A stretch of DNA of 64,000 nucleotides from Bugula neritina. Lineage: Eukaryota; Animalia; Bryozoa. The position numbers were made by a program, and so were the translations under genes. Positions 1 through 26,310 of the stretch are shown here, piece after piece. The notes below the pieces were generated by a model. It worked only from the letters and a program-made list of their open reading frames with translations. It had not been told where the DNA came from and did not search any database. How positions within the stretch are numbered: position 1 is the first letter of the stretch; each line of letters starts with the position of its first letter. Where the stretch lies: the NCBI GenBank assembly GCA_964035545.1, contig OZ037768.1, positions 6,294,741-6,358,740 of the forward strand, given 5' to 3'.

Positions 1-1035
1 GGCAGATATATTTTGCTGGCAAATGCAAAATTGATTTTACAGAGTTGATAAAATGTAACCATAAGCAAGTTGCTTGTCAACAGAAGTAATTTTTTAAAAT
101 AAATGTATACTTTGTTTAGTAACGAAATAGTCAAGTATTAAACCTCAACCCAAAAGAAGTCTAGCAATAATAGATAATAAATAATTGTATCTAATGTTAT
201 AATGTATTTGGTAGTCTAGGTTGATGGGTATATTGAAATAACATAATTGGGTGTCTCTAATTTGTTGTAGATGAAGGGTAATAAACTGTTGTATATATAT
301 GAGCGCTTGCTTATATGATATGGGTTTAGACTTGAGTGTATCATTGTATTTCACATATCAATGAAACAATTGTGAATTAGCAATAGTGCTGCATTAAATG
401 TCCAACTCATTCCATTGGTAATTTATCATACTGAGATTTGTGCACAATGTCCACATGCATTTAACCCTAGTAATTTAGTTTTATTCCTCAACTTTATACA
501 AACAAAAGAAAATATTAAATATGTAATATCTACTATAACCTATTACCCTATCTTTTAACAAATTTATATCGCTAGCATGTATTATGGCTACTGTCAAAGA
601 TTTTGATATTGGTTTCATTGATCAATATTTTTTGATATTGATAAATTTCGTTTGATTAGGTTCAGATTCAGAAATAAGGCATTACTAATGTTAAAAAAAT
701 TTGGCCAAGAAATAAAGATATTTTAGATTTACCATTTATATTACCATGTTTTGTTACTGTTAATTTCTTTGTAACTTTAAGAAATATTGATGATTTAAAA
801 CACTACCATGCCTAGGTGAAGTTGTATTAGTTGTCTACACTTTGTATCAGCACTACCTGTTCAACTATTGCACTATGTAATATTATTTACACCGTTCTCC
901 ATTAAATTTTCAAGCAAATTTATTGTCAGCTTATTTTGTTCGAAGTTAAACATTTCACTAAATGTAAATAAGACTTCAATATTTTTAAATAATAATGCTT
1001 TCTTGGCAGTTGGGTGAAGACTGTTTCCAAGGAAA

Positions 1036-8384
<7,349 letters not shown>

Positions 8385-9187
8385 ATGCCACTTCCTCAAG
8401 TAGCTTGTAAAAAACTTTATTTAATTAAGTTATTTAATTATTTTTATTGCAGTCATTTTTAGTATCTTTTCTATAAACTTGTTTAGTAATGTAAAAGTAC
8501 CAGAGAGTGTCGAATTAGAATACATATATAAATCGGAGAGTATAGAAGCAGAGTATAATATACTATGTTATAGTTTTGTTTCTTGATTCAAGTACTGCTC
8601 AGCCAGTAGGTGCTTATGATTGTTAGTTACAGATTTTAATCAGTTATGATTCGTATATTTTTATCTCCTTCTGTATATATTTTTATGCAAGATTTTGGCT
8701 TTTAAAATTTAATACAAATGCAGTTTCAAATCAACTAGAAAAATTGTGTGATGTTTTAGATACAAAAAAAGTTGAAAAAGCTACTTGGCTGTGCCCTGCA
8801 GATTTAATATTTTTGTTTATTATTTGCTGTTTATTCAATTCAATGGAAAATTTGGAAATGAATAAGCTTGATGATTCACTAATCATATAAGTAAATGACA
8901 AATATTGAATTATAAGTTCAGATCATAATATAAACCTCTATCCCTAATAGACAAGAAATGAAAACGAGCCAACTATCCATATGCAAATATTTTGTCATTC
9001 AAATAAATATAGCATATTATATATTACATTGCATAATATATACATGATATTCTGTAATATCTCAAAAAATTTCGTACAAAACCTTGCTTTCAAGTAAGAG
9101 GCCTGCATGAAACAATAGAAGGCAACAACTTTTTAGGGCTTCTGCTAGAATGCATATACAGTATAATATACATGTATAGTGTATATA

Positions 9188-9393
9188 CAGTGCTCCCTCT
9201 ATATCTTACGGATTCATATTTCATGAAACTCCATAGGTTATGAGAAAAGCCTGGAATCTGTTTTGTGGCTTATGTATGTGTGTATAGGGAAAAAATGGCC
9301 TAATCCAATGGATAAATGAGTTAAATTTGGTATTCTACTATGTCACAAATTGAGGTTTAGCAACCACAGCTTAGTGAGATAAGGAGGGTACTG
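9188..9393. mobile_element. Degenerate Tc1/mariner (pogo/Tigger-like) MITE, ~206 bp
   Basis: TA|CAGTGCTCCCTCTATATCT ... GAGATAAGGAGGGTACTG|TA: imperfect ~19-bp TIRs starting CAGT, flanked by a TA duplication. Confidence 0.65.
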
Positions 9394-10268
9394 TATTTGA
9401 AAAATTTTAGCTTGGTGACACTTATTCGATTTGCCCGTGCATGGCAATTGATAATCGTCTGCTCAACTGGTTTCTGCAGCTATAAATAGCAGTATGAATA
9501 TAGCTAACATTTTGTTTGCATGCCCCAAGCAAAGTTGATCACAGAAATTTTGTCTTAAAAACTGTGCAGAGCCTTACTAATTCTTTTTAAAATCACAAAT
9601 GGCTACATTTTTATAGACAACAATATATTATTTACTTTCAAACCTTTGGAATATCTTGGCAACTTGTTAGCATTATTATCTCTTTTTCTCACTTAGACTG
9701 CTGTAATTTTGCAAGGGTAGCTGCTCATTAATATTAATATATCTAGCTAGACATAAGTATGCATAATTTATGTATTCTAATTGTTAGTTTGTGTCACACA
9801 GATTTGAAAAAACACTTGAGAAAAATCAAATTTTTATACTAGCTGCTGGGGATTTTTAATTACATTGTTAAGCCCCTTTTTTATTAATATCTCATTAAAA
9901 TTTGCTGAAACTATTTGCAACAGCGTACTTCAAGACATATAGTCTACCCTGTCTAGTACATTATAAACTTAATATATTGTATAATTGAGTACCTTGTGAT
10001 AAGAATATCTATTGTATTATATTTTGAATCATTTGTTACAGCAGTTTTTGATTGCAGTTGTAATGTAGGTGTAGTTAGAATAAGGAACTAAATGATAAAT
10101 CTAACAAATCCCCAACTGACTGCTGCAGCTTAATTTTAAATAATTTAAAATGATAAAATAAATTTTACATTATAATTCAATTGAAATTGTTTTATAGTGA
10201 CAGAGATATTGATTTGTTGATTTAGACAGATTATATGCATTTAGTCATAGCATTTTGTGTAAAAGTTA

Positions 10269-10505
<237 letters not shown>

Positions 10506-10947
10506 CTTAATTCTCCAGTTATGTACTGCTGCTTCTACATCAGCCAATCAGCAAACGCTGAAACTTATCCTGAAGGGATTTGTGTCATCTAAAAAAGGAA
10601 AAGATAACTCCAAACTTAATATTTTTTTCTTTAAAATTTATAAAATAATAAGTTAAATATGAAAAATTTGTTATTGATAATAATTTTATAATTGCAAAAA
10701 TTTTGCAATATTTATTTCACTTGGGCGGATGCAACCAGAGATGGTTTTTCACTGCGTTTCCTTCTCAAAAAGCGTTTTCTTTGCGTCAAGATTAATGCGC
10801 GACCTTTCGCTCAGCCGTCCAGATTATTTCTTGTCCTCTGAAGACGTCTATACACTTAGTATTAACTCAAAAACTCAGTGTTTTGAGTTGCACTTGCTGG
10901 TTCATATTAATTAAAGTCCAGTTCATTACTAAACAATACATATATAA

Positions 10948-16313
<5,366 letters not shown>

Positions 16314-18749
16314 TGTTGCATCTTGATTCTGACAATGGATATCATACAAGTGCGCAAAGTTGATGAAATTATATAAGAAAGTCGGATATAGTTTGGTCAG
16401 TTGACCTGCAGTGCAAATTTTTATAAAACAATTTAATTAACACCACATAGTTTAAGGAAACAAATCATTTTTCCCATAAAAACCTTTTAGAGGTAGTCCA
16501 CCTTAAAAATAGTAAGAAATCCATGTTACTTTTTATTCCATCACATGAGTGCATTTATAAAGTTTCTATGTTATTGCGCTAGATCTTACCATATTATACG
16601 TAAAGCTGATATAAACATCTTTTTTCAAAAAGTTTGTAATTGTCCCATATTTTGTATCTTTCATTAATGACCTTGCTAAAATAAATTCACATAAACTTCT
16701 TAAGTTTCTTGTTTGGTGTCTGCTGAAATAAGTTTTATCCTTCTTTTGCTGATCCAATAAAGGAAATAAAATGCAGTTTCAAAATTGAGGAGTTACCTTC
16801 TCATTGGCTGCCAAAATGATAAATTTATTAATAATATTTATACAATTACAATTATGATGTAGTCTCACTATGAATACAACATATTTTATTCTGTGTGGTA
16901 TAGACGTTAAAACAAGAGTTGTAAACTCTCTGTATAAGCAACAACCAAGGCTTTGTTTTGCGTTGAGTTTTCTGATGCAGGTTGGAATATTTCAGATGAT
17001 TTATAATGTGACCTTTTGCGTGCATTAGGTAATACACCACTGAAATAGAGATAACATTATTTAGCTCATTGGTAATACACCAGCTGTTTTAAACTTTCCA
17101 AGCAAATTCAACGACATTGAAGCCTCCCACATTGACACTGCAACCTTTGGCTTGTAAGACGTTACAGCGACTCACAGTGACCATGGCTTTGCATTTAAAT
17201 TATAATGTCATGATTATAATATAGCTCATATTTTCCATAGTACAACTACAATTACAATAATAATTATAATATTAATTATCAATTATTATTAAAATTATAA
17301 ATTATTAAATAGAATAATTATCATTATGATAACGAAAATTATTATCACTATCACATTTACATTATGATTATCATTAATGATTATGGTTACGATTATCATA
17401 ATTATAAATATAATGGTTATGATTTTCATAATTTTACACCAACATTTTTTGTTCATGACCTAAACATAAAGTTCAGGTTTCAGTTTCTGTAACTCAGTAA
17501 GCATTAAGTTAATCAGATTAAGTTAAACTTAAAGTGATTAAGAATTCAGTGGTTATGATCTATGAAGTACACCGAAAGTAATATGTGCCATTGCCTGATA
17601 GTGATACAGTATAGCAAGCTATATCAATATGTTATGTTGTTGCAGCTAAAGTTGTTTTAATGAATATTATTATTTCATTTATTTACAATTAGGTCATTAT
17701 ATTAAATACAAATACTATACTAATTTCTCATGAATATAATAATAACAATATACTTTGTTGTCTTGGTATTCAAAGTAATGGCCAGTATCAGTAGAAATAC
17801 CATTTGATGTTTGTTAAGTATTGATATTATTAACATTTGATATGCATTCTAATATTATAAGTATCATTATAATTATTAGTAGTAATATTGTACCTCATAC
17901 ATCAACTTGCACTAGCTAACTAAATTAGCTGTAATAAAGTATGATAGTAATCAATTAATCAAATTTAATTATTGTAATGTGATAGTAGCAGTAGGTATGA
18001 GTTAGGTATACTGTAAGTTCAAATATTCTTGCTAGTTAAAATAATGTGTACTTTTTTATTTTTTCAGCATTTTATTTTTAAAAATCCACTGCTTTAAATT
18101 TATTTTCTCTATAAATTATATGATTAGTATGCTTAAGGAGTTATTTTCTTTTCCTATTGGTATTGAACAGCTCAACTTGTGCATTAATATTATCTGTATG
18201 TTATTTGAACTTTGAGTATGATAATTAAACTTTTCTTATCTGTGACATAAATTATAAGAGCTTGCTTTTCAAATGCAGCAGGAATTTATTGAATTAATTA
18301 CAAGAACCTAGATGTATGTGCTAATAGAAATGATATATTTAAGGTGTTGAGTCATCAGTAGTAGACTGTATCTGTTGTAGAAGTTCACCAATTAAATGAA
18401 TCAAAAGTTTGCTCAAACCAGCATCAGGTGAGAATGGCTTTTAGTAATGTTATGAATATTTATTACTTAGACATTTCTTATTTTATAGTTGTAGGCTAAA
18501 AAATTTTCTACTGGTCTTTGTAGTTTATATCCAAAATTTAGCGGTACTATGATCATTCTTTAATTTGAAAAACTGAGCTAGCTTCGATATCAATTGTGTA
18601 ATTAACAATTTCTTTTTTTTGTAAACAATAATTAGACGTTTTAAAATTTGGTTTTGAATATTATATATTATATTATATTATTTGCATTTGATTTTAGCTT
18701 AATTGCTCGACATCTCAGCATTAGATCCAGAATCCAAACAAGCAACAAT

Positions 18750-21700
18750 ATGGCTTTTGACCTGGAAGATAAGTTATATAGTCTAAGTGCCAATGGCAAA
18801 GTTTCAGAGCTAAGAAGCTTAATATCAAGTAAGTTTCATTTCTAAACAGTTCATATATTTTGTTTAAAAAATGTTTGCAGTTTTATCTTTGTCTTTGAAC
18901 CGCTTTATTTTCATTGACTTGTTCTATCAAGTCAGGTGATACTTGAATCAGGCAAAACCTTCCTACGTAGTTGGTCTTGTTAAGTTTTAATATGTAATTT
19001 AAGCTTTGAAATATGTAATAGAGATCTGTCATTTAAATTTTTATCTAAATTTACGAGTTTAGGGTGCTGGTTTCTTTATCTAAGAGCACTTGAGTGATCT
19101 ATTGATAAATTCACGGTAAAGTTCTTTTATCACATTATTTTCAGCATAGTGCATCTGTAACAACTTTTCTAACATTTCCTAGTTGACTCATAACTATTGC
19201 CCTGCTTATAATATTTTGAACAGTGTCCAACATCAAATTGAATGCATCAAATCAACGAGGTTGGACTGCATTGATGTTTGCAGCCAGAAATGGACATAAA
19301 GATGTCGTATCATTGCTGGTAGAAAAAGGGTAAAGTCAATTTCCATGATCACTTCATATCAGCACACATAAGTTAAATCAGATCACTTGATAACATGTCA
19401 TGAACAGGAAATCAGTTTATACGAATTTAGTGAGGCACTACAATTTATTTACTCACATTCATGCTGAACATATAAATTTTTCTAGCGGTAGTTTTATAAA
19501 ATAAATAAATTTTGTTTTATAGTTTGGGTTACATGAATTTAAAAATAAGTTCTCTTCAGTGGAAACATATTTACCTACTTTATGGTGTAAAATCAGCCCC
19601 ATTCACTACACTACCAGGATGATCATACAAAGTCAAGGCTGGGTACCAAGCCTACTGAGAGCTTATTTTATACTAGATTTGAAACCCTTTGAATTATATG
19701 AATTACACTGATGTTTTAGTGCTAATGTAGAACAGCAAAATGGCTTGGGACAGACGGCCTATGACATCGCTGCCTTCTGGAGTCAAACAGCTATACTCAG
19801 TTTGTTGAAACAACCCGACACAGAAAGTCAGCCGACAGAACCTGTACACTACTTTACTGTAAGACATTTAGACAGAGCCAATGAAAAGAGAAAAGATTTG
19901 CAATGGTTAAAGGAAAGACTAGCTACTTCACAATTATCCACATTTATCTTAGCGTTTGTCAAAACTTTTCCAGTGCTAAAAGGCGACGACAAGAATTATT
20001 CAGTTAGGAAATTTTTACCAAAGGATTTGGAAAACTTTGTGGACTTAGAGAATTGTGAAAAATCCGAAATAGTTTTTCTTGGGATGCGGACAAATAATGA
20101 AACAGGGAAACAGGAGTGTCTATTTGCTGTGGATATTTCTCAAGGTACTATACTGTTACTACTTGCAAAGCAGTATGATGTTAGGTAATTTATTATCAAT
20201 GTATGCAGCTGGAGGGTTTAGTTTGTCTTACACTTTATGGTTGTTTATAAATATGTCTGCGTGTATGAGTAGAGTTTTATCAGGGTTTTGAACATATAAA
20301 TTTATTACAGTGCTATTCAGAATATATGCCATCTTATTCATAGAATATCTGTGGGTAAAAATTTGTAAACTCCGAAATTAAATAGATGCAGTCACTTTAC
20401 ATATCAAAATATAATGCTCTAAACTCATTACTGGCAGTTTTTTTAAGATACAGAAGTTTACTTGTAGTTATACTCTAATGTGTAGTTTACTCATCAAAGT
20501 TAGCTCTGTATGATTTCAGAGACATACAAAGATATACAAGCTGCTTTTCCCAATGAGAGTTTATATGTACCCAAAGGCTTGAGGGATGCATTTCTGCTGG
20601 ACTCTGAGGAAGCAGCTTTGGCTGGGCTGGTAAGGTGACAGACCTGTTGTCATGTGGTATGTTTACAGAGAATTCACAAGCAGTACATGCGTTGTTCTTG
20701 TTTTAATTAAGCCCTTGTTTCTCATTTTCAGTTTTCTCTTTGATTATTTTGGTCATTTTATTAGACTTATCCTTTTTTACTCTATTATGATGTGAATACA
20801 TGAGGATTTTGATAGATTATAAATAAATATGAACTTTTTGTCATCATTAACTCTTACAGTGTAAGAAGTTATAATTAAATTTGGTTTATCTGTTTGTTAA
20901 CAGGCACATAGCGTACTGGATTGGCATAGAAACTGCATATTTTGTCAATGCTGTGGGTATCGTACCAAGTTTGCTCATGCTGGATATAAAAGAGAATGTA
21001 CTAATGAAGATTGCCGTACGGTACGAGGTAGGTTTTTTCTATAATAAAACTGTTTGTAGTCCTAATTTCTATATATGCTATATTATTTACAAAGCATTAA
21101 ACAATAAATTGTGTAATTAAAAGGTTTTCTTGCTTTGTGTTGATAACAAATTTGAGCCTATGATGTTCAGTAAATAATTTGATAAAAGAAAGTTCAAATT
21201 GACTTTTTACACATTTCACTTGTTCTCTTTAAAGCACAATGAGCTGTTATTAATTGTTTAGATTGTACTGTATTTGTAGAAGTCAAAAATTCTTCCTACC
21301 TCCGTCTAGATCCTACAATTATTGTGGCAGTTATCTCCGCTGATAAGAGTAAGCTGCTGTTGGCACAGGGTCGAAGATTTATTCCTAACATGTGGAGCTG
21401 TCTAGCAGGCTTTATGGAGCCAGGTGAAATAAATTATCTCCTTTAAAGATATCTAACCAGACTAAACTCTACTACAAGAAAATTTTTAAAATATAACTCA
21501 AAAAAGTTTTTTAAGTCTGAAGATAAGATAGCAATTTGATAAAGTAACAGTCATTTTATTTGATGGCCGAAAGCTTAATTGTTTTTATTTTACTTTTTGT
21601 ATTAGATTTTATTGTGATATCATCTATGTCTCACTAGTCTATACCTGTCTAAGCATTCTCTAAGTTACATGAATTTGAGTGTTTATCAACTTTTATACCC

Positions 21701-22618
21701 GGAAATATTGGCCTCAACTCCATTTGAGGTAACTTGCTTAGGTTATGTTTCCATTGATCCGCTTCATTTTTTTTAAATTTAAGCAGTTTAGGATTTAACC
21801 ATGATTTATCTTATTTTTAAATTTAGTTGTTTGTTGTATCATTTGAGTTAAAACTTATAGGTAGGTTTCAATTTAAATTTAAGAGTTAATTGACAAATTT
21901 CATAGAATTTGACTTTTTAAAAGGAATTGTCTTCTTTTTCAGACAAGAATATACTGCGAATGAATAATTGGAAATAATATATTCTGGTAAAAAATCGAAC
22001 AATTTTGATGCACATTTTTTATGCTATAATACACAGCTTATAGGTTGCATGGCTACACTTTTTTTTCTGAAGCCATGAATTTGTTTATTTAATATATGTT
22101 AGTTTTTCTCGAGTGTTAGATTCAAAAGTAGTCTTAACAGCTGTTGCTACCCTAGAATCACGCATTCAAAGTCTCTCCATATATTTAGTAAAGTTATTAG
22201 TGGAACTAAGGCTCGTTATCTACTGATTGCTGTGCTTCCTCTAGTAAAGTAAAAGCATAATATGCATTATTATTAGTGTTAATATTATTGTTTTATTGTT
22301 TTAGGAGAAAGCATTGAAGATGCGTGTAGAAGAGAGGTGTTTGAAGAAACTGGGATTCGTGTTGGCCGTGTAACATACCATTCAACCCAGCCATGGCCAT
22401 TTCCTACCCAGATCATGATTGGTCTTATAGGACACGCTACGAATACAGATATCACGGTCGATAAATCTGAATTATCAGATGCTAAATGGTTTTCACGCTC
22501 AGAAGTTGTTCAAATGATGACTAGAAATCATCCACATGGATATTTCCATCCACCACACAATGCTATAGCACATCATCTGATTAAGGCTTTCTTGCACAAT
22601 ACATCCTCTAAGATTTAA
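18750..22618 (+). CDS. NUDT12: NAD-cap/NADH pyrophosphatase NUDT12 (ankyrin + NudC-type Nudix), ~433 aa, 7 exons
   Basis: Exons 18750-18828, 19224-19329, 19720-20144, 20520-20629, 20904-21027, 21280-21423, 22305-22618. Ankyrin repeat GWTALMFAARNGH, Zn ribbon FCQCCG...RECTNEDC, Nudix box GFMEPGESIEDACRREVFEETG, NudC signature TQPWPFP, C-terminal SKI. Confidence 0.95.
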
Positions 22619-23824
22619 CTATTCATTCAACTGTACTACTGCATTCATGTTGACCAACTGAGGGTGTCTTCATTACTCATTGTCAGTTGATATGGCCTTA
22701 CTGATGTGATGTTTCACATGTTTCATTGAGTGTCATAGTTTTAGCCATCAAATCAAGTTACGCTTCAGATAGGTTGCTCTAGTTAGTAGCCTTATTAAGG
22801 CTACACAAATTAGGAAACTTCACTAAATATATAACATTCTGTAAAATATTTTCATCTTTCAATTTAAAGATATTGGCATATTTATAACTCTATGTTTATT
22901 GTTGAGTTATGCTAGGCAATTTTTCAGTTCTGTGATGCAAGCATTAGAAAATTTATATTTAATATATTTATTAATAAATTACTTTAAAATCTGTAATACT
23001 ATTATTTAACAAATACATCATGTAGCCTATACAACACCATTACTGTTAGAGGAAAATTGAGAAACATTACATACACTAATGGTGCATCTTAGCCATGCAA
23101 GCATTTTATTCTGAGCCTGTCAAGTTTCATAGTTCCATTCAAGTGCATTGTGTTTTTTCAAGTTGCACTTGTTCTATTTTTTACTTTCACCAACTTCATC
23201 TTTCCCTAATCATTTATTGCTATACATTATTTTCAAAATAACTCATTGTTCAATGAATTTTCTCTGCATATTGCTACTTATAATGACTAGCCTCAATGGT
23301 ATAAGCTTTGAAAGCCTTTAGAGTTTAGAATGTAGACATTGTGATAAAAAGTTACTGTTAAACACTTATAGCTAAAACTGACAGTGCATTGTTGAATTTG
23401 CAAAATGAACAGCTTGTAGAACAATGTTTATAAAACATCAGAAGTTTCCAACAGAAATTTTGGAGATAATGGTTCATGAGCATGCTCAAGTCACATACTA
23501 TAGCTTGTCATCAACTTACTTTTTTAGTCTATAAAATAAACAGTCAAGGTTGCTGCATATATTCATGGCCAAAAGTATTGCATATATTCATAAAATACCA
23601 TATAATTTTTATCCTGTAGCTCATGAAAGCCCATGGTGCTTCTATTAAATGTCCTGAAGCATAAAATTATTTATACGTATCCATAGTTTAAGCGTAGTAG
23701 AGCTCCAGAAATTTTTTTGGGGGCATGCCATTTATTATAACACCTATACCATCAAACTCAATAATGTCTTTTTCAGCTCAGTGACTTATACAATATATTA
23801 TGTGGGGAGAACGTGATTCGCATT

Positions 23825-23868
23825 GACCGCACCCATAAATCCGTCATTCCTTATGACCGCGCCCATAC
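23825..23868. promoter_or_regulatory. Twin TGACCGCRCCCATA motif in a CpG-richer patch upstream of a putative 5'UTR exon (donor GCG|GTAAGG at 24010)
   Basis: The 14-bp motif is repeated at 23825 and 23855, with ATTGG nearby and a consensus splice donor downstream. The gene it serves is inferred. Confidence 0.35.
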
Positions 23869-26310
23869 GCTAATAGTCCGAAAAAAGATCAAACTTTGGC
23901 TATTGGAAATTTTATACGATGAACGACTAATATATCTAGCCTATCATTGACGACCATCTTTTATCTCAGACTAAAGCAGTGCTGAAAAAAGCTACACGGT
24001 TGATTTTGCGGTAAGGAGTGAAGTTGTGCAGCTTACAACTTGTTAGTTAATTCATACTCTTAAAGTCAAACTGATGGACTGTTAAATACTAAAAGCACAT
24101 TTGGTTTGCTTTGATTAATTTTATAGTATATTAATGAAAGCTTTTTTCCCAGTTACCTTTGCCAATATCAATATGAATATGAATAATTAATACGAAATTC
24201 AAATTGAGTAAGTATAACAATAAGTGAATAACTATAACTATAAGTATAACATGAAAATTGACTTTAGTTTTTGAGTAACTGATTAACTCAAGCTGAATAA
24301 CTCAAAGTAAAAGCCACTAACAGTAACAGTAGTACATAACATACAATTTACTTTTACTGTTTTTGTAAAGCTGTTAGTGACTTAGAGTAACTTAGTGTTA
24401 TTGTTAACTTAGTCATCTCTTGGTCTTACCAAATTTTGGTATGGGTACAATTTTAATTTTGTTTTAAAATGATTAGTTGATGTTAATAATAATTATATCA
24501 ATAATACTACCAGCACTTATACTTCTAAGTATTATAATATTAATAATATTATTATAGGTATAGGTGCTAGCAGTACACTACTGGTAGTATTACTATTAGA
24601 AGTAGAAAGTTAAAATAGATGTTTTAATGTAATACTAGTTAGTAGTAGTTGTATCTAATTTTAATTTTTAGTGCTATTACTAGGCTTAAAAATAACAGTA
24701 GAAGAGAGATGCTCATAATGTTATAAATGACAAACTTAATGCATCTGGTCACTTTCAAAATTACTGTAGTCTATGACAGTAACACATTAATAAAAGCATT
24801 ACTATTGGTATTAGTGTGATCACTGCATTTTACTGAGTTTGATATAATTATGACTAGCAAAGAAAAATATATTTATAACAAGATTTCAAATGTAGTAATA
24901 GTCATAGTTGTGATATAATTACGGTTATAATAATAATAGATATGACTTCATACTCATAATACTATGTCAAGTGTTCTAAGTTAATCAGTTATTAGCTTAT
25001 AAATTAGACTCGTAGCATTAGAGTTGGTGAGGTTTTTTTTTACCAAGTTTAATGGTTGAATATTGCTAGTATAAATATAAGTTAGTTGGTAGAAACAATA
25101 TGTTTTATAATATTAATGCGTATTACACCTGCTATTATAGTTATATGAGCATTAGATTAGGCATAAGTTAATAAGTATTATTGAAGAGCTTCAGAGTTAA
25201 TCGTTAGTATAATTTGTCTTGTTTTCATAATTATAAGTGCTACTGTATTAGTAAAACTATGGTACTGGAGGGTCGCCAATTCTAATTATTAGGAATAAAG
25301 TAATCTAACCTATAGTTGAAGTACAAACAAGAATATCAATTTTGAGTGTATGAAAATATGAATTCTGTCATTTTATTTTGCTGGCTATTCAAATTTTTGG
25401 AACCAGTCTTATTCAGTAAAACTTTATAGTAAGCGAACAAGTTGAAATTGCTAAGTGATACCGGAACCAGTTTATTTGAGTAAAATAAATAATAAGTGTG
25501 AGGAGAGGTTGTGCTAAAATTTCTACTCACATAATAGTAGGCCTATACATATAAGGGACACAATCTAGGCACACCAAAGCTATAAAATAAGATGTTTCTC
25601 TGCTTTTTATATAACGATGTTATTAAAGAACATCTTCGAATACTGAGAAAATTGACATGCAACAATGCATAGTAGAGCAGCTGTATAAAGGCAATTAAGT
25701 GTAATGTTGGTGACAAAAGTCTTTTGACATTTAACTGACATTTATGGAGCCGAAATCTGTAACAAAACACACAAGTTTAGGTTTATTTGTAGCAATGATT
25801 TTTGTGAAAGTGGTATGGTTTTTATTATTAAAGATAGAGGCTGTGGCAAGTTTGATACGATGCTTTTGCTGACACCACAGATAGCCAAACTAGCCTAACC
25901 CAACATCTCCAGACTCTTAGTTTCCTTTTATTTTATTTGCTTCGGCGCCACATAGATGAATAAGTCCTTAGCCCACTTCAAAAAAACTCTTTTCATTAGG
26001 GGTTCTCACAGGGATGGCGACTATACCCATTCAAGATGACACCATTAGTTTTTAAAGTTGTTAGTAGTCATCATCTCCAAGTTTGCTTTTTTACATGTTG
26101 TAATTTCTTTAGAGACCTCTAACCTCTCCTTGGATTATCGTTTTTTTAATGAGTACAAGTTTGAAGGAAATGCTATTACATGTATATAGTTGTATATAGG
26201 TATATGTATAATTGTATATATGTATTATTGAGCAGGTAGTCACAGAAAAGTATTGTAATATACACTGAGTAGTTAATACTAGCTAGTAACGCCTACGCTG
26301 TACAACAATC

